From positions 1,364,001-1,428,000 of the forward strand of contig OZ218958.1 of the NCBI GenBank assembly GCA_965112735.1: a stretch of 64,000 nucleotides of DNA, given 5' to 3'. Below the pieces are notes generated by a model, which ran no database searches, was not told where the DNA came from, and worked only from the letters and a program-made list of their open reading frames with translations. The stretch is from Phaeosaccion multiseriatum. Its lineage: Eukaryota > Protista > Ochrophyta, other classes. Shown piece by piece: positions 46,049-57,400 of this stretch. Each line of letters begins with the position of its first letter. Position 1 is the first letter of the stretch. Made by a program: the position numbers and the translations under genes.

Positions 46049-47426
46049 AAGTTGGTCACAAGGCAGCAGCAAAGGCAGGAGCTTGCGCGGCGGTGGATGC
46101 TCGCAAGCGGACCACCCACTCACGCACACACACATATACACACACACGCACACGAGCGCGTGCGCACTGGCGAGACTTGGGGGGGGGGGCTGTGCACATG
46201 TGTTGAGCTTCTTTCCGCCAGCCACGGGCACGCAATGAGCACAGCAGCAAAGCGAGCACGGAGAGGATGGGGTGTGGCGGGGGAGAGGGGGGGGCAGGGG
46301 TTTGGTGGCGCCAGGCCAAGAGGCCGAACAGGGCGCGGAGGCGGGATATATTCTGCGATGGCAATCAATGGGCAGAGAGGAACTGGGGCGGATGGAGACC
46401 CATGTACAGGCGAAGCAGCATGGGACGAGGGTGGCGGTTTTGTCCCCTCCTTTTGGGGGTCTGTGTTGGGCTCGCGTAAGCGTTGTACCGGCTGGAGACG
46501 ACTCACTTGGCGTGAGTGGTCCCAGACCGAGGCAGCAGCGCACTTTCACCCCACCCCTCCCCACCCCTCCATCCTCCTCTTCCCTCCCTTCCTCCTTCGG
46601 TGAAATTGCTGAGCGACAAAAGACAGCGTTGAGGAAGTGAGTCGGTTTCGTGCTGTGCAGGTCTGGTTGCGAGCCATAGCCCAGCCGCGGGGGCGTGTGA
46701 CGCAGCCATGGCTCAGCGGCAGGCTTTCCTTTCGGCGCAACCCCCATTCACTTTCACTCAACGTGTCTTTGTTGCTGCTGAGCAAAGTTCCCCATTGGGG
46801 GACGGGGTATACCTGCTGATACTCAAGAAGCGAACGTTGGTATGCAGCGTGCAGCTGGGGCGCGCTCCCTGCCCTCGGAGGGGGGCAGAGGGGCAGGAGT
46901 GTGTAGTGTCGAGATGCGATTGTTTTGTGACTGGAGTCAAATGTCGGATGGGAACGTCGAGATTGCGTCCACGGCCCTCACGGCCCTGTGCCTTGCTTCA
47001 CACCCTACCCGGATGTGAGGTATACATAGCTTGCTTTCTCTTGTCTTCGAGCTCGACCCTCGTCTTTGGACATCAGCAGGCCGCCCGCGGAGTCCTAGTG
47101 AATCTCTGCCGCCGCTGTGTCTGTATAATACTAAATGTATAACAGAACCTCTTTTTCTTCATGATTGTCCCGGGGGGGGGGGGAATTTCCATTTTCAATT
47201 ACTCCCCCCTCTCCCCCCCCCCCTCATCCCTCCATCTGTCTGAGGATAGCTTACGCGGCGAGGAGGGGCCATCCAAACGGCAGGCAGATCGGCAGAGCCT
47301 TCGCCGCGAGGAGGGACGACCCCTTAGCGAAACAATAGTAGGGAGGAGTGTTCCGAACGACAGGCGGATCGCGGGACTCTGTGAGGAGGGGGCGATCCAA
47401 ACGACCAGGGAATCAAGGCACGGGGA

Positions 47427-47602
47427 GCAGAATGTTCGGAGTCAGAGCTAACCCGCCGGGGCCGGAGGAGGAAGAGCAGGGGGAGGGGGAGGACGACGAC
47501 CGCGAACGCAGCGAACGCAGCAGAATGTTCGGAGTCAGAGCTAACCCGCTGGGGCCGGAGGAGGGAGAGCAGGGGGAGGGGGAGGACGACGACCGCGAAC
47601 GC
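47427..47602 (+). repeat. 93-bp-period tandem duplication covering the EamA start codon
   Basis: GCAGAATGTTCGGAGTCAGAGCTAACCCGC...GACGACGACCGCGAACGC at about 47427 and 47520; encodes MFGVRANP.GPEE.EQGEGEDDDRER twice. Confidence 0.9.
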
Positions 47603-50372
47603 GCCCCCCCCTTCGGCTTTCCGCGTCCGCAGGGGGACACTTCCGAACAGCCAGCAGCAGAGCATGATTTTTCAGATTGGATTGCAAAGGGGCCTTCGCT
47701 CTCAAAACCGGAAAAGGGGGTCTATGTGTACGGCGAACGGCCAGCGAGTGTCTCTCCGACCCCGAGCCTGCTGAACAGCCTGGGTCTGGGGGTGCACGTC
47801 CCTCCCTCGGAGTTCGACCCGTCGTTGTCGCTCGATTCCCATTCCCCTTTGCCCCCTGGTGACACCCTGTTCAGGAGGTTCTACAGGCAGCTGTCCATTC
47901 CCGACTACATGGACTTGGGCCGCCACCAGGAGACACACTACGACGGTCTTCTTTGGATGGCCGCCGGAGCCTTGGCATTCTCCATCATGTACATGCACGT
48001 GAAGCTCGTTGGACCTGAGGTGCGTGCGTAGGAGCAGTAGCAGAGCAGCTGCTAAAGGAGTAAATCGTGTTGCGGAGCGACTGCAATCGAGCGGCCCAAA
48101 TGAAGCTCCCTTCCATGTACACACATAAAAGAAACCCGTGACTGTGTCCCGCTGTCCACCACACCGCCGCCTCGGACACAGGACTCGAATCTAACACTGC
48201 CGCCCTCACTACCCTCCACACCCCAATCAGGTGACCGCATTCCAGATCGTCTTCTATCGGAGTCTCGTGTACTGCGTGCTGTCCAGCCTCTGGACGAGCG
48301 TCGTCAAGGGAGAGTAAGTGTATCATTCTTCCGTTATGTCTGGCTGTGACTGCAGCTGAGCTCTGAAGCGGCGAGCTCTGAAGCTCTCCTGCCTGTCGTC
48401 ACCCTCCGATGGCCGCGTCGCGGGCGGGAGCACCGACGCCAGCCGTTCTCCCGTGCGCCTACTGAAGCTTGCTTTCCTTCCTCTTCACTTCAACACTGAC
48501 CTGCCCTGCTCTGTCCCCTGCCTCGACCCCACCGCATGACGACACCATACCCCCTGCAGCAACCCGCTTGGCCCCCCGATCATCAGATGGTACGTACGTA
48601 CCCATCTACCTACGTGTTGTAGTGAAAGAGCAGCGCACCCCCTCCCTCTGTGACTGGGACTCATCATGTTGTCTCTCCCCTTCTTCGCTTCTCCCCTCTC
48701 TACCGTCTCTCACTTGGACCATTCACCCACGGCAGTCTGCTGTGCTTTCGAGGCGGCCTTGCAGTGGTGTCCGTTACTTGCTTCTACTACGCGACGCAGG
48801 TTTGATTGCCGTTTCACGTCACTTCTGGCCCTGTGTGAGGCTGCCTGCCTTCACCTCGGCCTGCCCTTTGCTTCGCCCTCGCCGGAGACAGGGCCGCCTT
48901 TCTTCTCAACCACTCTCCTCGGAACATGTTCTGCTCCTCCCCCCACCCCCCACCCTCCCCGCCTTTCGCCCTCCTTGCCGGCTTGTGGCCTGCTTCATCC
49001 GCTGCCATCCTCGCAGTGGCTTCCGCTGACGGACTCACTCGCAATACAGTTCGCGACGCCAGTGACCACGTAAGTCTTGTACATGAGAGCAGGGGGGGGT
49101 CGAAGGAGCGGCTGGGGTAACGTGCACTCGTTCCACCCCGGGAGCGACTCCATCGGTGACGACTGAAGCAATGCACATCATGCTCGTCGCTCGGCTTGGG
49201 CGTCGACCTCCTCTGGCCTGCTCGCCTGCCACCTCCCATTTGGCCGCTTGATTCCCTCCTCGCTCGCCCGTTCGGATCCCTTCCCCTACCTACTCTTCTG
49301 CTCTAATTACTTGTTTTTGGTGCGAGCAGGGCCATCTGCGCCAGGCTGTGGCTCAAAGAGAAATGGGAGATCACGGACCAGATCGGAGCTGCCTTGTGCA
49401 TCTTCGGTGAGTCCATTGCAACAGTCGCCCCCTTCGTCCCTTGCTATCACCTTCCCTTTTCCTTTCGGGGCTGTGGCCGACTTTGTATTCCTCTCTGGCT
49501 CACCATCATGACCTTGTGCGTGCGTCTGTGTGCGCCGCTCGTCTCCTCACCGCTTGGCTACCTGTTCTTCCTCAGCGTTCTTCCTTCTCACTCACCCCCC
49601 GTGGCTCTTTGGCCGAGATGCGCAACCCGGAGTGGACGACTTCGAGTATGAAGACTTGTAAGTACTTACGTGTTACGTTGTACGTACTCACGTGTTTTAC
49701 GTGCACGTCCGGGGGAGCGAACTCCCGATTTCGACTTCGGTATTTGCTGCCTGAGCAAGGCATTCGCGCTTCCCCTCCCTTCCCTTTGATCCAGTCTCCG
49801 GTCGACGCATCGCTTACGCCTGCTTACAAGCCTGTAACTACTATTCACTCCTTTCCTCTGCGTCGTCCTCTCTCTCTCGCCACTCGCTCAGCGGGCACTC
49901 GGGACGTACCTCCTTTCAACACCATCACAGCCAGAGCCAGACAAGCGCCGCCGGCGAGGATGAGGGCGAGGAGGGTATGTTCGATTTCACCCAACCCTCT
50001 AAAGCCAAGCAGACGGCAGTCGCCACATGCGTGTGCCTCCTCGGGACCCTTGCCCTGTCCATCTCCTACGTAACCGTCCGTTTCATCTTGGACAGAGCCG
50101 AAGCGATGGTGATGGTGTTCTACTATGGGCTGGTCGGGGCCGTCGTCATGCCCTTCGCCTCCTTCTTCATGGGCGCGGGCTTCACGACCTGCTTCTTCCC
50201 GTTCCCCGACACGGTGTGTGTGTGGTATGTGTGTGCGCGCGTGTGCGTATGCGTGTGCGTGTGCGTGTGCGTGTGCGTGTGCGTGTGCGTGTGCGTGTGC
50301 GTGTGCGTGTGCGTGTGCGTGTGCGTGTGCGTGTGCGTGTGCGTGTGCGTGTGCGTGTGCGTGTGCGTGTGC

Positions 50373-50404
<32 letters not shown>

Positions 50405-52036
50405 GTGCGTGTGCGCGTGCGTGTGCCGTGTGGCGTGTGGCGTGTGGCTTGTTCGCTGATGTGTGTGGTTGTTTCCGAATCGTCCCAACTCTGCACAATA
50501 GGAGGAATGAAGCAGAGTACTTGCCCCTTGCTTGCATCCATCCTATTTCAAGAGAATCCCCCTTCGTATTGGACCAAGTCCTCTGACTTTCCAAATCCCA
50601 TCCGCTGCCACCCCCCTGCCCTGCACCATGTCGCGCCACACGCACCCAAGGAGAAGCTCGAATACATTGTGTTCATCGGAATCTTCGGCTTCTTCGGCCA
50701 GCTCTTCACCAACATGTATGTACGATTCCGTCTCAGAAATATCCACCCTTTGCTTTCGCTGTTTCGGACGCTATGCGGAGCCACAGGCGGGACTTAAAAA
50801 GGAGGGTAACACCGAGGCCCTTTGACAAGTTTAAACTCATCACTTCTCACGACTCCACTGCCAACACCGAGGTCCTTTGATAAGTTTAAACTCATCACTT
50901 CTCACGACTCCACTGCTCACTCGTACCCTCTCCCTCCCCCTCTGTGTTTGACCTTCACATTCTGCGCTCCGCCCCTTTGGTTCGCATCGCTTCTCCGCTT
51001 TCGCTTTCTCTCCTACCCCCGCAACTGGCGACCACGGGCGGGTGGGTAAATGTTGAACGCATCACTCACTCACTCACCGACTCACCAAACTGTGCTTACG
51101 TGCAGTGGGCTGCAGCGCGAGGTCGCGGCGAGTGCCACGCTCATGAGCTACACGCAGATCGTCTACTCCTACTTGTTCGAGGCGCTCTACCTTCACGAGC
51201 CGGTGAGTGATTCCCTTGCTTGTTCCATCCATCCCTCCCTCCCTCCCTCCCTCCCTCCCTCCCTCCCTCCGCGACTTCATCCCGGGCGAGCGAGTCAAGT
51301 ACATGAAGTGGTTCGTCAAGACGAACGTGTGTCGTGAAGGTCACCCGCCCGCTGTCAGGGCGACCGCGCCAGTCAGAGGGGCACAGACAGATGACAGGGC
51401 TTGCCCGACTCTGCCACACTCTCCACCACCATGCTCACTCACTTGGGCAGTGCTCAGTCTGCGCTCACGAAGAGAGCATACGATGAGAATGGGGAAATGA
51501 ATGCAGTCTGTGTACTCCGCGCGATTGGCTTCTTGCTTCCTTGCTTCCTTGCTTGGCCGACTTTCCGCTTCGCTGGACACTTTACTCACTTGACCGCCCG
51601 CTCGCTTACCACCTCCGCCCGACCTTCAAATCCCTTGATATCTCGCTTGACACCTCGCTTGACCATCAAATCGCTTGACCTCTCGCTTTCAACCTCGCTT
51701 GACCGACACTTCATCCCCATTCGGCCCCACTCGCCCGCCCTCCACGCGTCCTCCCCCCCCCCCACCCGCACTCCCGTGTGGCAGACTCATTGGTACTCTA
51801 TGCTTGGTACCGCCATCTTCATCGCCTACAATACATACCGCACTGTGGGGAGGGTAGTGCAGCAGCGCAAGAGGGCCAAGGCGTTGGAGAATCACGCCGG
51901 GCGGGGTCGTGCGGCACAGGCCACGCCCTCTGCTATAGACGGCTTCGCACACCTCACGGGAGTGCGCGGTGTCGGCTCCAGCTATGGTACCATCCCCCCC
52001 GTCGACCCCAACTGTGCTGCCGCGGCCTTGTTTTGA
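47432..52036 (+). CDS. EamA/DMT superfamily membrane transporter (SLC35G-like); 11 exons
   Basis: Exons 47432-48019, 48231-48313, 48560-48589, 48736-48799, 49017-49069, 49330-49406, 49576-49657, 49892-50213, 50651-50715, 51106-51202, 51785-52036, all phase-compatible. Motifs GLLWMAAGALAFSIMYMHVKL, FQIVFYRS, LLCFRG, LPLTDSLAIQFATPV, LWLKEK, HPPWLFG, GFFGQLFTN, GLQRE, MSYTQIVY. Confidence 0.9.
50251..50413. repeat. (GTGTGC)n hexamer intronic microsatellite
   Basis: Direct inspection. Confidence 0.95.
50808..50916. repeat. 55-bp tandem duplication in an intron
   Basis: AACACCGAGG(C/T)CCTTTGA(C/T)AAGTTTAAACTCATCACTTCTCACGACTCCACTGC at 50808 and 50863. Confidence 0.9.
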
Positions 52037-52518
52037 TGACCCCAGCCTATGGTGCAATGACCTTCGGTAGAGGGCAGCGTGCTGGCTCTGACCCCTTCGC
52101 GTTATCTGCCGACGACGCACGTTGTTCCTCCTCCTTTATCACCTTTCGATTGATGACTGTGGCGGCGTCTTTCGCGCAGCTACACGCGGTGACCGACTCC
52201 GGCCTGATGGATTGGGCAGCCGAAGCCCTCCCCATGTGGAGGATCTTTTGGACGTGCTTGTTCTTCTTCGCGCCTGAGCACCTCGCCGCCATCCTACCTG
52301 ACTGTTCTCCCGTCTGTCGTGGACTCTGCTCGGCCCTTCCCCTTGTCGCGTGTCATTTCACTCCGTCTACAAGTAGTGTAAATGTGGGAGAGCGAGATTG
52401 AGGAGAAATACATGAAACACTTTGAAGTTGTACCTCTTCTTGAGCCCTTTTTGGACCATCATGTTGAATCACCTCCTTTGTTCATGCAAAAACTTCTTGG
52501 GCTTGAAAGAAGCAAACA

Positions 52519-54023
52519 ATGTTTATCGCAAGCCTCCTGTGTGCCCTTGGCCTCGTCCCGCTGGCCGGTGCCGTCAGCTGGAAGTACGGCGAGACTGCCG
52601 TGGTCGACGGAGAGACCTTCTTCGGGGAGGCCTCATGGGGAGAAGGTGAGCCCGAAGCGAATCGTGTCCAGAAAACCTACGCACCACCCATTGTGTTCCT
52701 TTCTCTATGCGCCGCTCTTCCTTCCTTCTCCTTTCTCCAGAGTACCCGGACTGCGACGGTGAGCGCCAGAGCCCCATCAATATTGCGGCCTGGATGGTGG
52801 ACCAGCAAGTAAGAGTATGACGACCTACCCTTCCCTTTCCTACTCCCTCCTTTGCCCCCCATTACTAATGTGATACCTACCCCCGTGCCCTTCCTTCTTG
52901 CTTCCGCGGCAGTGTCCGGACGACTCGCCCACCTTCAGCATTGGCTCGTGCAGCACCGCGGACCTCAAGTTCACCGCCGACACGAACACATGGAAGGTCA
53001 CCTTGGACGCGGAGTCGTGCACGGAGACGCCCAGCTTCACCCTTAACGGCGCCACCTACGAACTCCAGCAGTTCCATTTCCACAGCCCGAGCGAGCACAC
53101 CGTGGGCGGGAGCATATACGATGCCTGCATCCACATGGTCCACCTGAACCGGGACGACGACACCGACTACCGCGTTATTGGCATGCTCATCGAGTCCACG
53201 AGCTCACAGATCGACGAGGGTAACATCGAGCTCAGCAAGTACTGGCCCTCGATCCTGGCGGCCGCCGCAGCGGAGGAGCCCGAGGACGGAGTCGAGGCGC
53301 CCGCAGCTGAGCCTGCCGACGGAGACCGAGAGCTGCAGGATGAGGGGCAAGGCACTGAAGAGCTGGAGGAGCTCACCGTGACTCCCTACGACCTTCTTCC
53401 GGGAAGCGTCAACTACTGGACCTACCTGGGGAGCCTCACAACGCCCCCCTGCTCGGAAGTGGTGACATGGATGCTGGTGGAGACCCCCCTTCTCATGAGC
53501 GAGGAGCAGATCGATGCAATGCGGACGGCCATCAACCAGGGCAACACCCAGGCCGACGAGAACGGCAACAACAACCGCCCCGTGCAGGTAAGAGGCCCGA
53601 GATCGCCCAAAAGACCAGGCATTGGCTCTGAGAGAGAGAAAGAGTGAGAGGTACGGGGGGGATGAGAGTGAGAGAGTGTGAGCGAGGGAGTGAGCGAGGG
53701 AGTGAGCGAGAGAGAGAGTGTGTGTGCGCGCGCGTGTGTGTGTATGTGAGAGAAAGAGAGAGAGAGAGAGAGAACACCAGAGAACAACATTCGTTTCCCT
53801 CACGGGCTCCGGCCGATAGCGACCTCGGGCCGCTTACTCCCCCGCCGGTTGCGTACTCGAATCGCAACTTACGCAATACCATCCCCCCTTTATCTCCTCT
53901 GCCCTGCGGTTCCACCAGCCTCTCAACGAGCGCCCTGTCAGCTACTGCTCTCCCTCCACTGCTACTGCTGCGGCAGAAGAGGAAGAAGAAGCAGCAGCTC
54001 CAGCGCCGGCAGGGGATGAGTGA
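52519..54023 (+). CDS. Alpha-class carbonic anhydrase with N-terminal signal peptide; 4 exons
   Basis: Exons 52519-52645, 52741-52808, 52913-53587, 53919-54023. Motifs SWKY, CDGERQSPINI, QFHFHSPSEH, IHMVH, YWTYLGSLTTPPCSEVVTW, NNRPVQPLNER. Hydrophobic leader MFIASLLCALGLVPLAGA. Confidence 0.95.
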
Positions 54024-54429
54024 GAGCACGAGCGAGCGGCGGGGGAGAAGTGATGAGTGGATTTATTCAAGGCACGGGGGTCACAATCAATTGACGTAAA
54101 GCAGATACAGAAGAGATGATAGATTAGAGCAAGGAGCAAAGCAGTAGAGAAGAGGAGAGAAGAAGGAGGGAGGGAGAGTTGATCGCGCCCAGCCACCGAG
54201 GAAACGCTGGCAGCACGCTTCTACTATTATTGAGTTCATAAACCGATTCATTCATCCGTTCCATTCATCCGTTCCATTCATGGTGAAAGAACACAGATTC
54301 ATTACCCATTTTCTCTGTCCGGCGGTGAGGGGTAAACCTGCATGCAGCCACGCCGAAGCGTCCAACATGGCATCAGCCCCTCCACTGCCATCCACACCCC
54401 CACCCCCAGCCACCCCTCACTAAGGGGCC

Positions 54430-57400
54430 TGTGAGTAACAAACACCCCCGCCGACCCCGCGATGGGCGTCACAACCGCTACACCTTCGCCTCGTCTTGCA
54501 CTACGCTGCTGGACCTTCTCGTTGGCTCCCTCACTCCTCGCATTTCTGACCACCACCATCACCATTACCATCACCAGTAGCAGCAGCAGCAGCAGCAGCA
54601 GCAACATCATATCTCGGCACCTTTAGCTCCATTGGCAAGCGGAAACCACGCCCCGCCTCCCTCTCCCGGCATGTCGTGAGGAAGCAGGGGTGGAAGGCGG
54701 TGGGGTAGTGGTGCACGTCGAAGCGGCCTCCTTCTTCGTAGTGCACCAGCTGCACGCACACACACGCACAAAGAGACACACACACGCGCACACACACACA
54801 CACACATGCACACACACATGCACGCACGCATACACACACATGCACGCGCACACACACATGCATACACATACAAACACACACGCACTCACGCACACATACG
54901 CGCACACACACATACACAGAGTCGACGCGCACACACGCATGTACAGGAGGCACTCACACACGCACAAACTCACACACACACAAGCACACACAGACATACA
55001 AGCACGACACGCACGCAAAACACGCACACACACGCACGGACACGTACACACACACGCACACGCACACGGGCATCCACACACGCACACACACACGCATATA
55101 CACACACGCAAAGACATCGTCTCGTCGCAATGTGCACTCAGGGAGCTAAACGTGGGCACGCAACGCAAGACCCCGTGGGCAGCACTCTCTGACCTGCCAT
55201 TCTTAGCACATCAGACAGCAAGCAGTAGCACATCGCAACTTCCTCCCCCCTCCTCTCTCCTCCTCCTCCTCCGCCTCCTCCTCCTCCTCCTCCACCTCCT
55301 CCTCCTCCTCCTCCTCCTCCCCCTCCTCCTCCTCCTCCTCCTCCCCCTCTTCCTCCTCCTCCCCCTCTTCCTCCTCCTCCTCCTCTTCCTCCTCCTCCTC
55401 CTCCCCTCCTCCTCCTCCTCCTCCTCCTCCTCCTCCTCCTCCTCCTCCTCCTCCTCCTCCTCCTCCTCCTCCTCCTCCTCCTCCTCCTCCTCCTCCTCCT
55501 CCTCCTCCTCCTCCTCCTCCTCCTCCTCCTCCTCCTCCTCCTCCTCCTCCTCCTCCTCCTCCTCCTCCTCCTCCTCCTCCTCCTCCTCCTCCTCCTCCTC
55601 CTCCTCCTCCTCCTCCTCCTCCTCCTCCTCCTCCTCCTCCTCCTCCTCCTCCTCCTCCTCCTCCTCCTCCTCCTCCTCCTCCTCCTCCTCCTCCTCCTCC
55701 TCCTCCTCCTCCTCCTCCTCCTCCTCCTCCTCCTCCTCCTCCTCCTCCTCCTCCTCCTCCTCCTCCTCCTCCTCCTCCTCCTCCTCCTCCTCCTCCTCCT
55801 CCTCCTCCTCCTCCTCCTCCTCCTCCTCCTCCTCCTCCTCCTCCTCCTCCTCCTCCTCCTCCTCCTCCTCCTCCTCCTCCTCCTCCTCCTCCTCCTCCTC
55901 CTCCTCCTCCTCCTCCTCCTCCTCCTCCTCCTCCTCCTCCTCCTCCTCCTCCTCCTCCTCCTCCTCCTCCTCCTCCTCCTCCTCCTCCTCCTCCTCCTCC
56001 TCCTCCTCCTCCTCCTCCTCCTCCTCCTCCTCCTCCTCCTCCTCCTCCTCCTCCTCCTCCTCCTCCTCCTCCTCCTCCTCCTCCTCCTCCTCCTCCTCCT
56101 CCTCCTCCTCCTCCTCCTCCTCCTCCTCCTCCTCCTCCTCCTCCTCCTCCTCCTCCTCCTCCTCCTCCTCCTCCTCCTCCTCCTCCTCCTCCTCCTCCTC
56201 CTCCTCCTCCTCCTCCTCCTCCTCCTCCTCCTCCTCCTCCTCCTCCTCCTCCTCCTCCTCCTCCTCCTCCTCCTCCTCCTCCTCCTCCTCCTCCTCCTCC
56301 TCCTCCTCCTCCTCCTCCTCCTCCTCCTCCTCCTCCTCCTCCTCCTCCTCCTCCTCCTCCTCCTCCTCCTCCTCCTCCTCCTCCTCCTCCTCCTCCTCCT
56401 CCTCCTCCTCCTCCTCCTCCTCCTCCTCCTCCTCCTCCTCCTCCTCCTCCTCCTCCTCCTCCTCCTCCTCCTCCTCCTCCTCCTCCTCCTCCTCCTCCTC
56501 CTCCTCCTCCTCCTCCTCCTCCTCCTCCTCCTCCTCCTCCTCCTCCTCCTCCTCCTCCTCCTCCTCCTCCTCCTCCTCCTCCTCCTCCTCCTCCTCCTCC
56601 TCCTCCTCCTCCTCCTCCTCCTCCTCCTCCTCCTCCTCCTCCTCCTCCTCCTCCTCCTCCTCCTCCTCCTCCTCCTCCTCCTCCTCCTCCTCCTCCTCCT
56701 CCTCCTCCTCCTCCTCCTCCTCCTCCTCCTCCTCCTCCTCCTCCTCCTCCTCCTCCTCCTCCTCCTCCTCCTCCTCCTCCTCCTCCTCCTCCTCCTCCTC
56801 CTCCTCCTCCTCCTCCTCCTCCTCCTCCTCCTCCTCCTCCTCCTCCTCCTCCTCCTCCTCCTCCTCCTCCTCCTCCTCCTCCTCCTCCTCCTCCTCCTCC
56901 TCCTCCTCCTCCTCCTCCTCCTCCTCCTCCTCCTCCTCCTCCTCCTCCTCCTCCTCCTCCTCCTCCTCCTCCTCCTCCTCCTCCTCCTCCTCCTCCTCCT
57001 CCTCCTCCTCCTCCTCCTCCTCCTCCTCCTCCTCCTCCTCCTCCTCCTCCTCCTCCTCCTCCTCCTCCTCCTCCTCCTCCTCCTCCTCCTCCTCCTCCTC
57101 CTCCTCCTCCTCCTCCTCCTCCTCCTCCTCCTCCTCCTCCTCCTCCTCCTCCTCCTCCTCCTCCTCCTCCTCCTCCTCCTCCTCCTCCTCCTCCTCCTCC
57201 TCCTCCTCCTCCTCCTCCTCCTCCTCCTCCTCCTCCTCCTCCTCCTCCTCCTCCTCCTCCTCCTCCTCCTCCTCCTCCTCCTCCTCCTCCTCCTCCTCCT
57301 CCTCCTCCTCCTCCTCCTCCTCCTCCTCCTCCTCCTCCTCCTCCTCCTCCTCCTCCTCCTCCTCCTCCTCCTCCTCCTCCTCCTCCTCCTCCTCCTCCTC

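Noticed and set aside
47348-48031. Stand-alone 227-aa hypothetical protein
   Set aside because: It is exon 1 of the EamA transporter, ending at a GT donor after the first transmembrane helix.
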